In this document: piece after piece, positions 1 to 9,379 of the stretch
Layout of the letters: each line of letters opens with the position of its first letter
Numbering within the stretch: the stretch's first letter is position 1
Assembly: GCA_965220155.1 (NCBI GenBank)
Contig: OZ244810.1
Coordinates: forward strand, 3,627,633-3,691,632
From: Dehalococcoidia bacterium
Lineage (GTDB): Bacteria; Chloroflexota; Dehalococcoidia; SHYB01
Direction of reading: 5' to 3'
Length of the DNA stretch: 64,000 bases
The notes under the pieces: generated by a model
Databases searched by the model: none
What the model was told of the DNA's origin: nothing
The model's input: the letters and a program-made list of their open reading frames with translations, nothing else
Position numbers and translations under genes: made by a program

Positions 1-702
1 GGCCCGAAGGAGACGCGGGTCAAGCTCTCCATCGAGAGCGCCGGGGACGGTACCACCCGCGACGTCATCATCGAGCGGGCGGAGATCGAGATAGCGACGG
101 TGGAAACCGAAAGGCTCTCGGGCGACATCTTCGTGCTGCGCATTCGGCAGTTTGCCAAGAAGACGGAAAAGGAGCTGGACGATGCGTTCAAGGAGCTACG
201 CTCCCAGGGGATCACGGGTCTGGTCCTAGACTTGAGAGGGAACCCGGGGGGCCTGCTGACGACGGTGATCGACACAGCCGACCAGTTCCTGGATGAAGGG
301 CTCGTCATGTACGAGATCAACGCAGCCGGCGACCGGAAGGACTGGAGGGCCGAATCGGGCGGGGCTTACACGGACTTGCCGATGGCCGTTCTGGTCAACG
401 GCGGCAGCGCAAGCGGCAGTGAGGTGTTAGCGGGGGCGTTGCAGTCAAATGGGCGCGCCGCCCTCTACGGCACCCAGACCTTCGGCAAAGGGGTGGTGAC
501 CGTTCCCGTCAGGCTGGAGGATGGATCGGGGCTCTACATCACCACGGCGACCTGGTACACACCTTCCGGCGAGAAAATCGGCAAGGTCGGACTGACGCCC
601 GACTTCGAAGTAGCGAGGACCCTTGCCGACCTCCGCCAAGGGCGGGACCCCCAGCTTCAGACCGCGCTCGAGGCCGTGCGGCAGGCGCGGTCCACGGGCT
701 GA
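1..702 (+). CDS. ctpA: S41 family carboxyl-terminal processing protease (5' truncated by window)
   Basis: Open from base 1 (GPKETRVKL, end of PDZ); motifs DLRGNPGG, SASGSE (catalytic Ser), TFGKG (catalytic Lys), DPQL. Confidence 0.9.
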   Translation, partial: GPKETRVKLSIESAGDGTTRDVIIERAEIEIATVETERLSGDIFVLRIRQFAKKTEKELDDAFKELRSQGITGLVLDLRGNPGGLLTTVIDTADQFLDEGLVMYEINAAGDRKDWRAESGGAYTDLPMAVLVNGGSASGSEVLAGALQSNGRAALYGTQTFGKGVVTVPVRLEDGSGLYITTATWYTPSGEKIGKVGLTPDFEVARTLADLRQGRDPQLQTALEAVRQARSTG

Positions 703-712
703 TGGCGCCGCC

Positions 713-1177
713 ATGAGCAAGGACGGCAAGTTCAGGGTCATCACGGTCAACCGCCTCGCGCGGCACGAGTACGAGATCATCGACACGGTCGAGGCGGGGC
801 TCGCCTTACTTGGCACCGAGATCAAGTCCATCCGGGCCGGGCGGGTGAACATCCGCGAGGCCTTTGCCCGCAGGAGCGGCGGCGATCTCTGGCTCCATGG
901 GATGCATGTCGCCGAGTACGGTCCCGCCAGCTATAACAATCACGAGCCGACGAGAGCAAGGAAGCTTCTGTTGCACCGGGACCAGATCGACGACCTGGCG
1001 CATCGTGTAGAATCCCGCGGGCTGACATTGGTGCCGCTGCGGCTGTACATTCGGCACCACCGCGCCAAGCTCGAGCTGGCCCTGGTCCGTGGACGGAAGC
1101 GCTTCGACAAGCGGGAGGCCATCGCGAAGCGGGACTCGGACCGGCGGATAAGGCAAACGCTCCATCAGCGGGCATAG
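713..1177 (+). CDS. smpB: SsrA-binding protein SmpB
   Basis: NRLARHEY, EAGLALLGTEIKSIR, RKLLLH, DKREAIAKRD; ATG at 713; directly upstream of tmRNA. Confidence 0.97.
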   Translation: MSKDGKFRVITVNRLARHEYEIIDTVEAGLALLGTEIKSIRAGRVNIREAFARRSGGDLWLHGMHVAEYGPASYNNHEPTRARKLLLHRDQIDDLAHRVESRGLTLVPLRLYIRHHRAKLELALVRGRKRFDKREAIAKRDSDRRIRQTLHQRA

Positions 1178-1315
1178 CAGCCAACTCCCCGTCTGTCGAT
1201 CATTCCAACCTCCTTTGGAACTCCGACCCGCCTCAGCTCCCTAGGCGCCGTCCCCTGGGGAGATCCAGGCGGAACCGCGGCTGGCTCTATCGTTATGTAG
1301 ACTAGCCCTCGGCTG

Positions 1316-1321
1316 TATAAT
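1316..1321 (+). promoter_or_regulatory. Putative sigma70 -10 box for ssrA
   Basis: Perfect TATAAT 13 nt upstream of mature tmRNA 5' end; no convincing -35. Confidence 0.55.
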
Positions 1322-1334
1322 GGACCGGTAATAT

Positions 1335-1684
1335 GGGGACGCGTGGGTTCGACAGGGGGGTGACCGGGCAGGACTGCGGGCCGAGGCGCCATCGCCGCGT
1401 CAAAAGGTGGCAAAACCAGTAACTGGCGAACGACAACTCGCTCTAGCGGCCGCTTAAGGCTGCTACGTCTACCTGAGCCTCTCCTCGAGGGCGAGGGCTA
1501 GGCGACGCAATTCGAGGTGCGGTCGACCCGACGCCGATACTGGCGGCTTAAGACCATCGGCTGGCCCCGCCGGACAACGCCGGTTGAGGAAGGCGGGGCA
1601 AGATACTCACACCGGCTACGCTCGTAGACGTCCTGCGACTGGGCTCTTTTGGACGGGGAGTTCGACCCTCCCCCGTCTCCACCA
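1335..1684 (+). ncRNA. ssrA: tmRNA
   Basis: 5' GGGGACG..GGTTCGAC, 3' T-arm GAGTTCGACCCTC and CGTCTCCACCA end; tag frame 1425-1457 = GERQLALAAA*. Confidence 0.96.
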
Positions 1685-1886
1685 TGAACACCATCCACGG
1701 CGATCGCCCCCGTTGACCGGGGGGATCGCGCGGTCTGGGTAACGACCCGCTCCACAGCGTTGCAAGCTGCCGCCCGACGGCTTCAGAAACCGAAGGCAGC
1801 ACTCCTGGAAGGCGCCACGAGGGCCGTTTCCTCCGCGACTAACGTGTTACCTTAGCTGCGCAGCAACCGCCAGAGGGGGTCTCCGG

Positions 1887-2708
1887 ATGTTGGTCTTCAA
1901 GGGGTTCCACAACGTCGTCGTGGCCGTAAAGGACGTCGAAGCGGCAGCAGACAGCTGGCAGACCATGCTCGGCGGTACGCCGATGGAGCAGGGTGACTAT
2001 CCGGGGTCACCCGCAGATGTCAGGAGCATGAGGTTCGGAGTCGGCGACGCCTGGGTCGAGCTGGCCCAACCGCTCAGCGAAAGGAGCCCTCTCTGGGACT
2101 TTCTCCAGGCCTCCGGCCCGGGTGTCTACTCCGTCGGCGTGCAGGTCGACAATGTGAGTACCGCGGTCCAGAAGGCCCGGCAGGTAGGGGCCGGAGTGCT
2201 AGGGGACGGGAGCCAGAGCGGCCCAACCTTCATGGACCCGAAGTCCTTGAATGGAGTCTTGCTTGGACTCCACTCGGAAAAGGTCCGGGTGGAGGGACAG
2301 CCCCTGTTCGATAGCTTTCACCACATCGTCGTGGCCGTCCGGGATGACGCCGCCGCGATAGCCGACTGGCAGAGGGCCTTCGGGACTATCCCCCACCCGG
2401 AGGGGCCAAATCGGGAGGTCCATCCCCATCACATACCGGTCGGCGAGGCCTGGTTCGGACTGACCTCGGCGGGGACCGATGCAGGGGCCCTGGGAAAATT
2501 CCTGGACAACCGCGGCGAGGGCGTATACCTGATCAGCGTGATCGTCGATAACGTGAAGCAAGCCGCTGGGGCCATCCGGGACCGCGGCGGGCGGATCATC
2601 GGCGATGAAAATGGGCCGGGGCAAGTGTTCGTCCACCCTGCAACCACCCACGGCGTGCTGATGGAGCTGGCGGATAGCAGCATCCGCATGTGGCCGGATG
2701 CACCGTGA
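1887..2708 (+). CDS. VOC/glyoxalase family protein (methylmalonyl-CoA epimerase-like), two tandem domains
   Basis: Internal repeat FHNVVVAVKD / FHHIVVAVRD; FL..RGEGVY; FVHPATTHGVLMEL. Confidence 0.8.
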   Translation: MLVFKGFHNVVVAVKDVEAAADSWQTMLGGTPMEQGDYPGSPADVRSMRFGVGDAWVELAQPLSERSPLWDFLQASGPGVYSVGVQVDNVSTAVQKARQVGAGVLGDGSQSGPTFMDPKSLNGVLLGLHSEKVRVEGQPLFDSFHHIVVAVRDDAAAIADWQRAFGTIPHPEGPNREVHPHHIPVGEAWFGLTSAGTDAGALGKFLDNRGEGVYLISVIVDNVKQAAGAIRDRGGRIIGDENGPGQVFVHPATTHGVLMELADSSIRMWPDAP

Positions 2709-2714
2709 GCCGGG

Positions 2715-3149
2715 TCAACCACCCATCTTCGAGGGAAGGCTCAACACGGCATTCCCGACGATAGGCTTGACGCCATCCTGGTTCTCCAGATAAACATCGA
2801 CCTCGACGAGATTCTCTCCGTTGTCGCGGCTCGTCTTCCGGATGATTCCCCTGGCGGTCAGCGTATCTCCAGGGTGCATCAAGGCCCGATAGGTAGTGGA
2901 GAGCTTCCGCACGCATCCAGGGTCCCCGGCCCAGTTGACCAGCATCTGGCTCATGTAGGAGGTCGCCAGGGGAGCGGTCACCAGGACGTCGGGATAGCCT
3001 TCGGACTGGGCCCAGTCCTTGTCCCAATGGATCCGATGAGCGGTCCAGTAGGCAACTCCGAACATGAAGATGGAAACCCTGGTTGGCCGCTTGACGACGG
3101 GGGGCAGCTCCTCCCCAACTGTTACGTCCTCAACGTATGCGCGGGTCAT
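2715..3149 (-). CDS. MaoC-family hotdog dehydratase
   Basis: EDVTVGEELP, HRIHWD..WAQ.EG, PGDTLTARG. Confidence 0.8.
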   Translation of the reverse strand: MTRAYVEDVTVGEELPPVVKRPTRVSIFMFGVAYWTAHRIHWDKDWAQSEGYPDVLVTAPLATSYMSQMLVNWAGDPGCVRKLSTTYRALMHPGDTLTARGIIRKTSRDNGENLVEVDVYLENQDGVKPIVGNAVLSLPSKMGG

Positions 3150-3159
3150 TGGACACGTC

Positions 3160-3651
3160 CTATCGAAATATCAGCGTCCGCTTCTCGATCGCCAGCAGGT
3201 CTTCGTCCTGATTGGTAAACCTCGACTCGGTCGTCTGAAAGATCAAACGGCCGGTCCGGCCTTCTTTCTCCTGGATCTCGATCACTTTGGCCCGTTTCGT
3301 GATGACATCGCCGACCCGGACGAGTCGAAAGACCTCCACCTCCGTCCCGCCCGCCATGGAGCGGCCGTAGATCCCCGGCACCGCTAGGTCATCGTACTGG
3401 CCGTCCTCCTGAAGCCTGGACTCGGGCACCACCCGCCGCAGCGGGGCCTCATAGAACAGGGGGGGCGCGACGATCTCGCCATACGCGGTTTGCGCGGCGA
3501 GCCCGGGGTCGGTGTAGTGAGGGTTGCCCCAGTCGCCGGTGGCCGCTACGTACTCCTTGATCTGGCGGAGAGAGACGGGGTCGCTGACGTCGACCTCCTC
3601 GCGCCCGAGGCTGAGCTTCGCCTCCTCGGTCATGTAGGGGAACTCGGGCAT
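3160..3651 (-). CDS. MaoC-like N-terminal-type hotdog protein (partner subunit)
   Basis: ATGDWGNP, YGEIVAPPLF, GGTEVE..R.VRVGD, KEGRTG; ATG 3651 after GAGGAGG. Confidence 0.8.
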   Translation of the reverse strand: MPEFPYMTEEAKLSLGREEVDVSDPVSLRQIKEYVAATGDWGNPHYTDPGLAAQTAYGEIVAPPLFYEAPLRRVVPESRLQEDGQYDDLAVPGIYGRSMAGGTEVEVFRLVRVGDVITKRAKVIEIQEKEGRTGRLIFQTTESRFTNQDEDLLAIEKRTLIFR

Positions 3652-3912
3652 CTCAACCTCCTCGCACATGGCGCCCCGTGGCGGCCGCGAACAGCTCTTG
3701 CCCGGCACGGGACCGACTCGAGAGCTGCCGGCCACTCAGCCCTCGGTCGGAGATTCTGAATGCAGCATAGGGGCGGCGCCGACAGGTGTCCACCCGCATC
3801 CCCAGCGGCAGGCGGGGGCTCTTCCTCGGAGAAACAGTTGCGTGCGGATACGGGCAAGCATAGGATTTTCCTTAGGCGTCCCAAGTGTCAGAATCAGCGA
3901 GGGGATCACGGT

Positions 3913-4839
3913 ATGGGGAACGCGCTAGCTGGACACGTCGCCATCGTCACGGGGGCCAGCCGAGGAATTGGACAGGGTATCGCTCTCCGCTTTGCGGCGG
4001 AGGGTGCGAAAGTGGTGGCGGTCGGCCGCGATGAAACCAGGCGAAATACCGAGATGGAGGGTTCCCTGGAAGAGACTCTCGGCCTGGTCCGCGCGGCCGG
4101 TGGGACGGCAATCGCCGCCCGCATAGACTTCGAAGACCTGGATTTCGACAAGGGCGCCCTTGCCGGCCAGGCACAGGAGGCCTTCGGGGCACCGGTGGAC
4201 ATCCTCGTGAACGATGCCGCTGCCCCCCGGGAGTTCGATGACCATGGCTTCATCCCTTTCGCGGACATGAGCCGCGAGTTCTTCTACAGAACGATCGCGG
4301 TGAACGTCTGGGCGGCCTGGGACCTCGCCAAAGCCGTCATCCCGGGCATGAGAAAGAAAGGGGCCGGCTGGATCCTCTCAATCTCCTCCGCCCAGGCCCA
4401 GCCAAGGCCCAAATTGCAACCTGGACGCCCCGCTCAGGTGAACCGCCTCGGAGGAGGAGCGCTCTACGGCAGCTCCAAGGCGTTCTTGGACCGCATGTCC
4501 ACGGGCGCCGCAATGGAGCTGTTCAGGGATAACATCGCCGTAAACACACTGGCCCCTACATCCCATATCGAAACACCCCTGTCCAAGACTGTCGTGGGCA
4601 GCGTCAGGAACCGGATTGCCAAGGAGCCGTTGGAGACCTTCGTGGAGGCGGCCCTGGCGCTGTGTTCGGGCGACCCGAAGAGCATGACCAGCCGCGTCGT
4701 GTACAGCCTACCGCTCTTGGCTGAGCTCAACAGGTCCGTTCGCACGCTGGACGGCAGGGCCCTGTTCGAAGGGTGGCAGCCCTCCAAGGACGACTCCAGG
4801 AAGACGCAGCCGACGTATCTAACGCACCTGGGGCACTAG
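3913..4839 (+). CDS. Short-chain dehydrogenase/reductase
   Basis: TGASRGIG, DILVNDAA, YGSSK (YxxxK); ATG 3913. Confidence 0.9.
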   Translation: MGNALAGHVAIVTGASRGIGQGIALRFAAEGAKVVAVGRDETRRNTEMEGSLEETLGLVRAAGGTAIAARIDFEDLDFDKGALAGQAQEAFGAPVDILVNDAAAPREFDDHGFIPFADMSREFFYRTIAVNVWAAWDLAKAVIPGMRKKGAGWILSISSAQAQPRPKLQPGRPAQVNRLGGGALYGSSKAFLDRMSTGAAMELFRDNIAVNTLAPTSHIETPLSKTVVGSVRNRIAKEPLETFVEAALALCSGDPKSMTSRVVYSLPLLAELNRSVRTLDGRALFEGWQPSKDDSRKTQPTYLTHLGH

Positions 4840-5141
4840 GGCGTGTTCACACTAGCTGTGAGGCAAAGGCTTGCCAAAGGCGTGGCGGGGCTAAGGTGCC
4901 TGGCGGGCAGCGTCTTAGATTCCTCGGCTACGCCTCGGAATCACTATGGCCTTGTGAAGGCCACGTAAGGGGATGAAAACAGGGCGGCGTCCCAGGACAG
5001 GGCCGGAGGCGGGGAACGACGGGCCGGGAGGCGGGTTTCAAACCCGCCCCTACGAAACAGCGGCGCGACGGTGCCCATTTTCATAGCAATGACACGGGGA
5101 AGCGCTTTTCGTGTAGCGCGAGCATAGTGTAAACAGGCCCT
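4838..5141. mobile_element. MITE-like non-coding element, copy 1
   Basis: 17-bp imperfect terminal inverted repeats AGGGCGTGTTCACACTA (4838-4854) / TAGTGTAAACAGGCCCT (5125-5141), 15/17 match; core 4917-5093 homologous to reverse complement of 49098-49271. Confidence 0.7.
5027..5053 (-). repeat. GTAG-type REP palindrome
   Basis: Minus strand GTAGGGGCGGGTTTGAAACCCGCCTCC; related copies at 46936 and 49138. Confidence 0.8.
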
Positions 5142-5153
5142 GGCTAGTAGCCG

Positions 5154-5921
5154 TCACAGCAAGAGGTCGATCGTCTGACCGGTCAGGCCGGAGGAGCGTT
5201 CCGAGGCCAGAAAGACCACTGCGTCGGTAACCTCGCGAGGCTGCACCAGACGCCCCAGCGGAGAGGAAGCGGCGAGCCCCCGCATACGGTCCTGCGTGTC
5301 CTCTCCCTGCTCCCTTCGGACCGCCATCTGCCGGCGCAGCCCCTCCCCCTCTATAGCCCCGGGCATGACGGCATTCACGCGGACCCCGTGCTGACCGACC
5401 TCTTTCGACAGGGATTGAGTGAGGGCGACGAGGCCGCGCTGCGCTACAGCGTGGGCGCTGATGTTCGCCGGGGCCTGGATGCCAGTGGTCCCTGAGATGT
5501 TGATGATGTTGCCGCTTTTTCTAGTGACCATCGATTTCAGCGCCTCTCGCGAGCAGAGCATCGCCCCGGTCAGCTTGGTCGCAATCGCGTTGGTCCAGCC
5601 GTCCAACGGCATGTCGGCCACCGAGCTTACGAGGCGGGCGGAAGCGGCGTTGTTTACCAGGAGGCTCACGAAGCCGAATCGGTCCACCGCTACCCGAAAG
5701 AGCTCGATCACATCCTGTTCCCTGGTGAGGTCAGCCACTACGGACATTGACTGCCGCCCAAGCGCCTGGATCTCCCTGGACGTTTCTTCGAGTGGGCCCA
5801 GCGTGCGGCCGCAGACCGCCACGTCGGCCCCCTCCTCGGCAAGCGCCAGCGAGATGTCCCGGCCCAGGTCCCTTCCGCCGCCGGTGACTACAGCCACATG
5901 TCCGGAGAGCAGTGAATCCAT
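5154..5921 (-). CDS. Short-chain dehydrogenase/reductase (atypical active site)
   Basis: TGGGRDLG, LLVNNAA, VRVNAVMPG; YxxxK position reads HAVAQ. Confidence 0.85.
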   Translation of the reverse strand: MDSLLSGHVAVVTGGGRDLGRDISLALAEEGADVAVCGRTLGPLEETSREIQALGRQSMSVVADLTREQDVIELFRVAVDRFGFVSLLVNNAASARLVSSVADMPLDGWTNAIATKLTGAMLCSREALKSMVTRKSGNIINISGTTGIQAPANISAHAVAQRGLVALTQSLSKEVGQHGVRVNAVMPGAIEGEGLRRQMAVRREQGEDTQDRMRGLAASSPLGRLVQPREVTDAVVFLASERSSGLTGQTIDLLL

Positions 5922-6128
5922 CGCAGCTCCTCATTCTCCGCCTATTCGGGGGCACACCCCGCTCTCTTCAGGCCCAAAAGACAGGTCGAGGTCTCCGGAC
6001 GGGCGCAAGGCTACGCCGGGGCTCGCGGAGATGTCAATTCCGCGCGACGAGCCCCTTTCCGTAGCAAGAGACGCGGTCTGGCTGTACCATCTTGCTGCAT
6101 TGTAGGACCAGCCCAACGGAGGTGTGAA

Positions 6129-6953
6129 ATGCCGGTCGACTATGAGGTGCGAGACGACGGAGTCGCGACGGTGACCTTCAACCGCCCCGAAACGATGAAC
6201 TCTTTGGACGCCCGGGAAATGATTCGTTTTGTGGAAGCGCTGCACGACATACGAAAAAACCCGGCCGTCAAGGTGGCCATTCTTACGGGCGCGGGCCAGC
6301 GGGCCTTCTGCGCTGGGTCCAACCAGAAGAAGGACCACCGCGAGGACCCAGAGGTAAAGACCTTCCACGAGGACTGGTATGAGCCGAGTAAAGGTCTCAT
6401 GCTCCATATGACCCCCTACCTCAAGGGCATTGATATATGGAAGCCCCTGATCGCTGCCGTCAACGGCCACGCCATTGCTATGGGGGCGGCCATCGTCTTG
6501 GGCTGCGACATTCGCATTGCGAGCCCAGCGGCAACATTCGCCTGCAACGAGACAACCTTCGCCGACATCCACGATGGCGGCGCCGTAGCCCGCCTGCCCC
6601 GCCAGATCCCATTCGCCGACGCTATGAACCTGCTCCTGACAGGCCGCAGGATCGGCGCAGAGGAAATGCTGAGGATGCATATTGTCAGTGAGGTCCTCCC
6701 GCCGGATAGGCTCATGCCGCGGGCCTACCAGATGGCAGAGCACCTCGTCAACAATTGCGATCAGCCGTCCGTCGAGATCACGAAGCAAGCGGTCATCAGG
6801 GGAATGGACATGGGGCTGAGCCAGTCAATGGTGGAAGAGGCGCTCTACAAGGAGATGCTCATCAATCGGCACGGCGGAGAAGAGGCGCTCGCGGCCGTCC
6901 GTGGACGGCATTTCGACGCGATCCTTCGCAAGGAAAAGGAGACGCTGCCCTAG
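6129..6953 (+). CDS. Enoyl-CoA hydratase/isomerase family protein
   Basis: FNRPETMNSL, TGAGQRAFCAG, KPLIAAVNGHA, LLLTGRRI. Confidence 0.9.
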   Translation: MPVDYEVRDDGVATVTFNRPETMNSLDAREMIRFVEALHDIRKNPAVKVAILTGAGQRAFCAGSNQKKDHREDPEVKTFHEDWYEPSKGLMLHMTPYLKGIDIWKPLIAAVNGHAIAMGAAIVLGCDIRIASPAATFACNETTFADIHDGGAVARLPRQIPFADAMNLLLTGRRIGAEEMLRMHIVSEVLPPDRLMPRAYQMAEHLVNNCDQPSVEITKQAVIRGMDMGLSQSMVEEALYKEMLINRHGGEEALAAVRGRHFDAILRKEKETLP

Positions 6954-7003
6954 CCCAGACGTTCGAGCCGGCGGGGGAGGTATTCGTCCGTTCGAGACCT
7001 CAG

Positions 7004-7858
7004 CTACGGCCACCCCGCCCCAGGAACGTCGACGCGGGCCGTCTCCACCCAGCCCACCGACCGGTCGCGGACCCTGGGGTCATTGGTCATGATCTCCATG
7101 CCCTCCCAGGTCGTGCGTGCGGTCATTAGAAATAGCGTCCGGCGATCGGGTCCACCTAGCATGGGGGCGACCGTGGCTTTCCCTTCGCAGGTGATTCGAT
7201 GGGTCACCTGGCCCCCTTCAACGATGCGCTGGAATTCTCGCTTTAGAGGCAGACCGGCCCAGATAGCCCCCTCGGCGTCGACGCAGATGCCGTCCGGCGC
7301 CGCATCCTGGATTTCTGCGAAGATCCTGCGGCCGGAGAGCGAGCCGTTGGGGTTGACGTCAAAGGCCGTCAGCCGGTTCCCCTGAAACTCGGCCACTATA
7401 AGGGCCCGGCCATCGGCCGTGATGGCGATTCCATTGGGACCCGACAGATCGTCTGCGACGGTGCGGACCGTTCCATCAATCTCCAATAGCGCCAGAGAGC
7501 CCCCTGTCTCCGTCATACAGTCGAGGTAAGCCCTGCCCTGTTGGTCCACGCACATGTCGTTCAGCCCAGTGCTCCCGTCCGACAGGTCGGCGGCAAGAGC
7601 GGGAGCGTCGGGTCCGAGCCGCCACACCTTACGGTCCCCCATGCCGACCACCAGCGGGGTACCATCGGGAAGAAACCCAAGCCCCGAGGGGCGGTCGTCA
7701 CCGGGCAGGCTCACGACTACCTCCGGCCGGCCATCAAGGTCTACCGTCATGACCTGCCGGCCCCAGATGTCCGAGAACCAGAGCTTGCCGTCGCGCCAGC
7801 GCGGCCCCTCACCGAAGACGATCCCTTCCAACAGCACATGAGATTCGAGAGTATCCAT
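7004..7858 (-). CDS. SMP-30/gluconolactonase family protein
   Basis: FGEGPRW, LWFSD, NDM.VD, PNGIA, PDGICVDAEG. Confidence 0.9.
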   Translation of the reverse strand: MDTLESHVLLEGIVFGEGPRWRDGKLWFSDIWGRQVMTVDLDGRPEVVVSLPGDDRPSGLGFLPDGTPLVVGMGDRKVWRLGPDAPALAADLSDGSTGLNDMCVDQQGRAYLDCMTETGGSLALLEIDGTVRTVADDLSGPNGIAITADGRALIVAEFQGNRLTAFDVNPNGSLSGRRIFAEIQDAAPDGICVDAEGAIWAGLPLKREFQRIVEGGQVTHRITCEGKATVAPMLGGPDRRTLFLMTARTTWEGMEIMTNDPRVRDRSVGWVETARVDVPGAGWP

Positions 7859-7864
7859 GCAATA

Positions 7865-7917
7865 CGCCTCCAGGTCCGGCCAAACGGGACGATGCGGTCT
7901 CAGTCTGCGTCGCCTAT
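7865..7917 (+). repeat. 53-bp direct repeat, copy 1
   Basis: CGCCTCCAGGTCCGGCCAAACGGGACGATGCGGTCTCAGTCTGCGTCGCCTAT; 52/53 identical to 10403-10455. Confidence 0.93.
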
Positions 7918-7990
7918 CGCTTGTCCGCTGCCAGGCAGGCCGGACACCCCGGCGTACAGGCCGCCGGGGTTAGTGACTGGATATTCTTCT

Positions 7991-9379
7991 TCATTCTATC
8001 CTCCCTGAGTCTTCCTGTTCAGTCTGGCGTGCCTTCAGCATCTTGTGGCGCTCAATCCGCCTCAACTCTTGATCGTCCATCATCAACCTCATAAGGGTGC
8101 TGTAGGAATCAGTAACCGATTTGGCAGAGGAGTCTAGGCCGGGGAAAAGGTTTTCACGCGTGACGTTCAGCAGCTGCAAGTCTTCCATGATACGATCCTT
8201 ATACTCTCCAGATATGGTCAGCTTGTAGTGGGCATAGACCGGAATCTCATCATTCCACTTCAGAACCCCGTCGCGCTCGAACTGCTCGTGAAACGCTGAC
8301 ACCAGAAAGGCCCCGGCTTGTGCCCTGAGACGCTCAGAAGACTGTTGCGGCTCCACGAAAAAGACTTGGTAGAGATCCCTCGGGTCAATCCGCTCTTCGA
8401 AGTAGGGCTTTTCTTGCCGGATCAGTTGGTAGAGGAGGCGCATAGCTTCCGAGTGTTCGTTTTCCCGACGAATTCTGTTGTTGCCCAGGGAGAAGTGCTT
8501 GCCTAGAAGTGCGTCTTGTTGACGGCGAGACAGCCTGGCAACATTGGAGGTGATGCTGACAGCGTCGCTGTTGAAGGTCTTGACCAACGCTCTCGGCACC
8601 GCGAAGACATGAAGACGCCCGTTTTCTTCCTCCTGGTTCTTCTGGCCAGTCCTGTCACAGGCGTGGAACAGGCCAACCAGTGGATTCCTGGTGACATCCA
8701 AGAACCGTGTCCTTAGACCATGATGCTGGGCAAGCACCCATTGAGCGAGTGCCGAAGTCATCCCGTTGAATTCTTCAGGTCGCCGTGACACAAGGTCGAT
8801 CAGCAAATCCCTCTCAAATGCGGCCAGGTCGCTTCTCATGACAGAAGGGCGCAAATCCCATCCGCATTCGAACTCACCGCGAAAGTAAAGTGTGGTCGTC
8901 GCGTCGTAGTAATTCTTGAATTTCTGGATTTTAGGCAGCAAATCTTCGATAGCTTTGACCGGCTCCGCCTCATCCGGATGTTGCTTCGGCGACTGTATTA
9001 CTGAGGGGTAGAGGGCTGCCTTCCAAGGTTCCGTAGCGGTCAGATTGGCCCCGGTAAGGTCAGCAAAATGAAATTTTGCGTTTGTGAGGTCGGCGCGCCA
9101 CAGGTTAGAGTCGATAAGGGTGGCGAGTGTTAGGTTCGCGTGGGAGAGATCGGCAGAGTTCAGATCTGCTTTGGTGAGATTGGCATTTACGAGGTCGGCT
9201 CCGGCCAAGGGAATTTTTCCGCGACTGTCTAGCTTGTCAGCGTCCCGAAATATCCAATACAAAGGGGCGTTCCCAAAATCTGGGTAGAAAAGATACCCTT
9301 TCCCCGGAACGATTTGGTGCCGCTCGTTCCAAGCCTCCACTCCTTCAAGGAGCCATCCGATGTGTTCAGTGTTGGCCAC
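7991..9379 (-). CDS. Pentapeptide-repeat / FRG domain fusion protein
   Basis: N-terminal GVEAWN then A(D/N)Lxx repeats; LYFRGE, LRPSVMR, AQHHGLRTRFLDVTRNPLVGLFHAC, RLRAQAGAF. Confidence 0.88.
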   Translation of the reverse strand: MANTEHIGWLLEGVEAWNERHQIVPGKGYLFYPDFGNAPLYWIFRDADKLDSRGKIPLAGADLVNANLTKADLNSADLSHANLTLATLIDSNLWRADLTNAKFHFADLTGANLTATEPWKAALYPSVIQSPKQHPDEAEPVKAIEDLLPKIQKFKNYYDATTTLYFRGEFECGWDLRPSVMRSDLAAFERDLLIDLVSRRPEEFNGMTSALAQWVLAQHHGLRTRFLDVTRNPLVGLFHACDRTGQKNQEEENGRLHVFAVPRALVKTFNSDAVSITSNVARLSRRQQDALLGKHFSLGNNRIRRENEHSEAMRLLYQLIRQEKPYFEERIDPRDLYQVFFVEPQQSSERLRAQAGAFLVSAFHEQFERDGVLKWNDEIPVYAHYKLTISGEYKDRIMEDLQLLNVTRENLFPGLDSSAKSVTDSYSTLMRLMMDDQELRRIERHKMLKARQTEQEDSGRIE

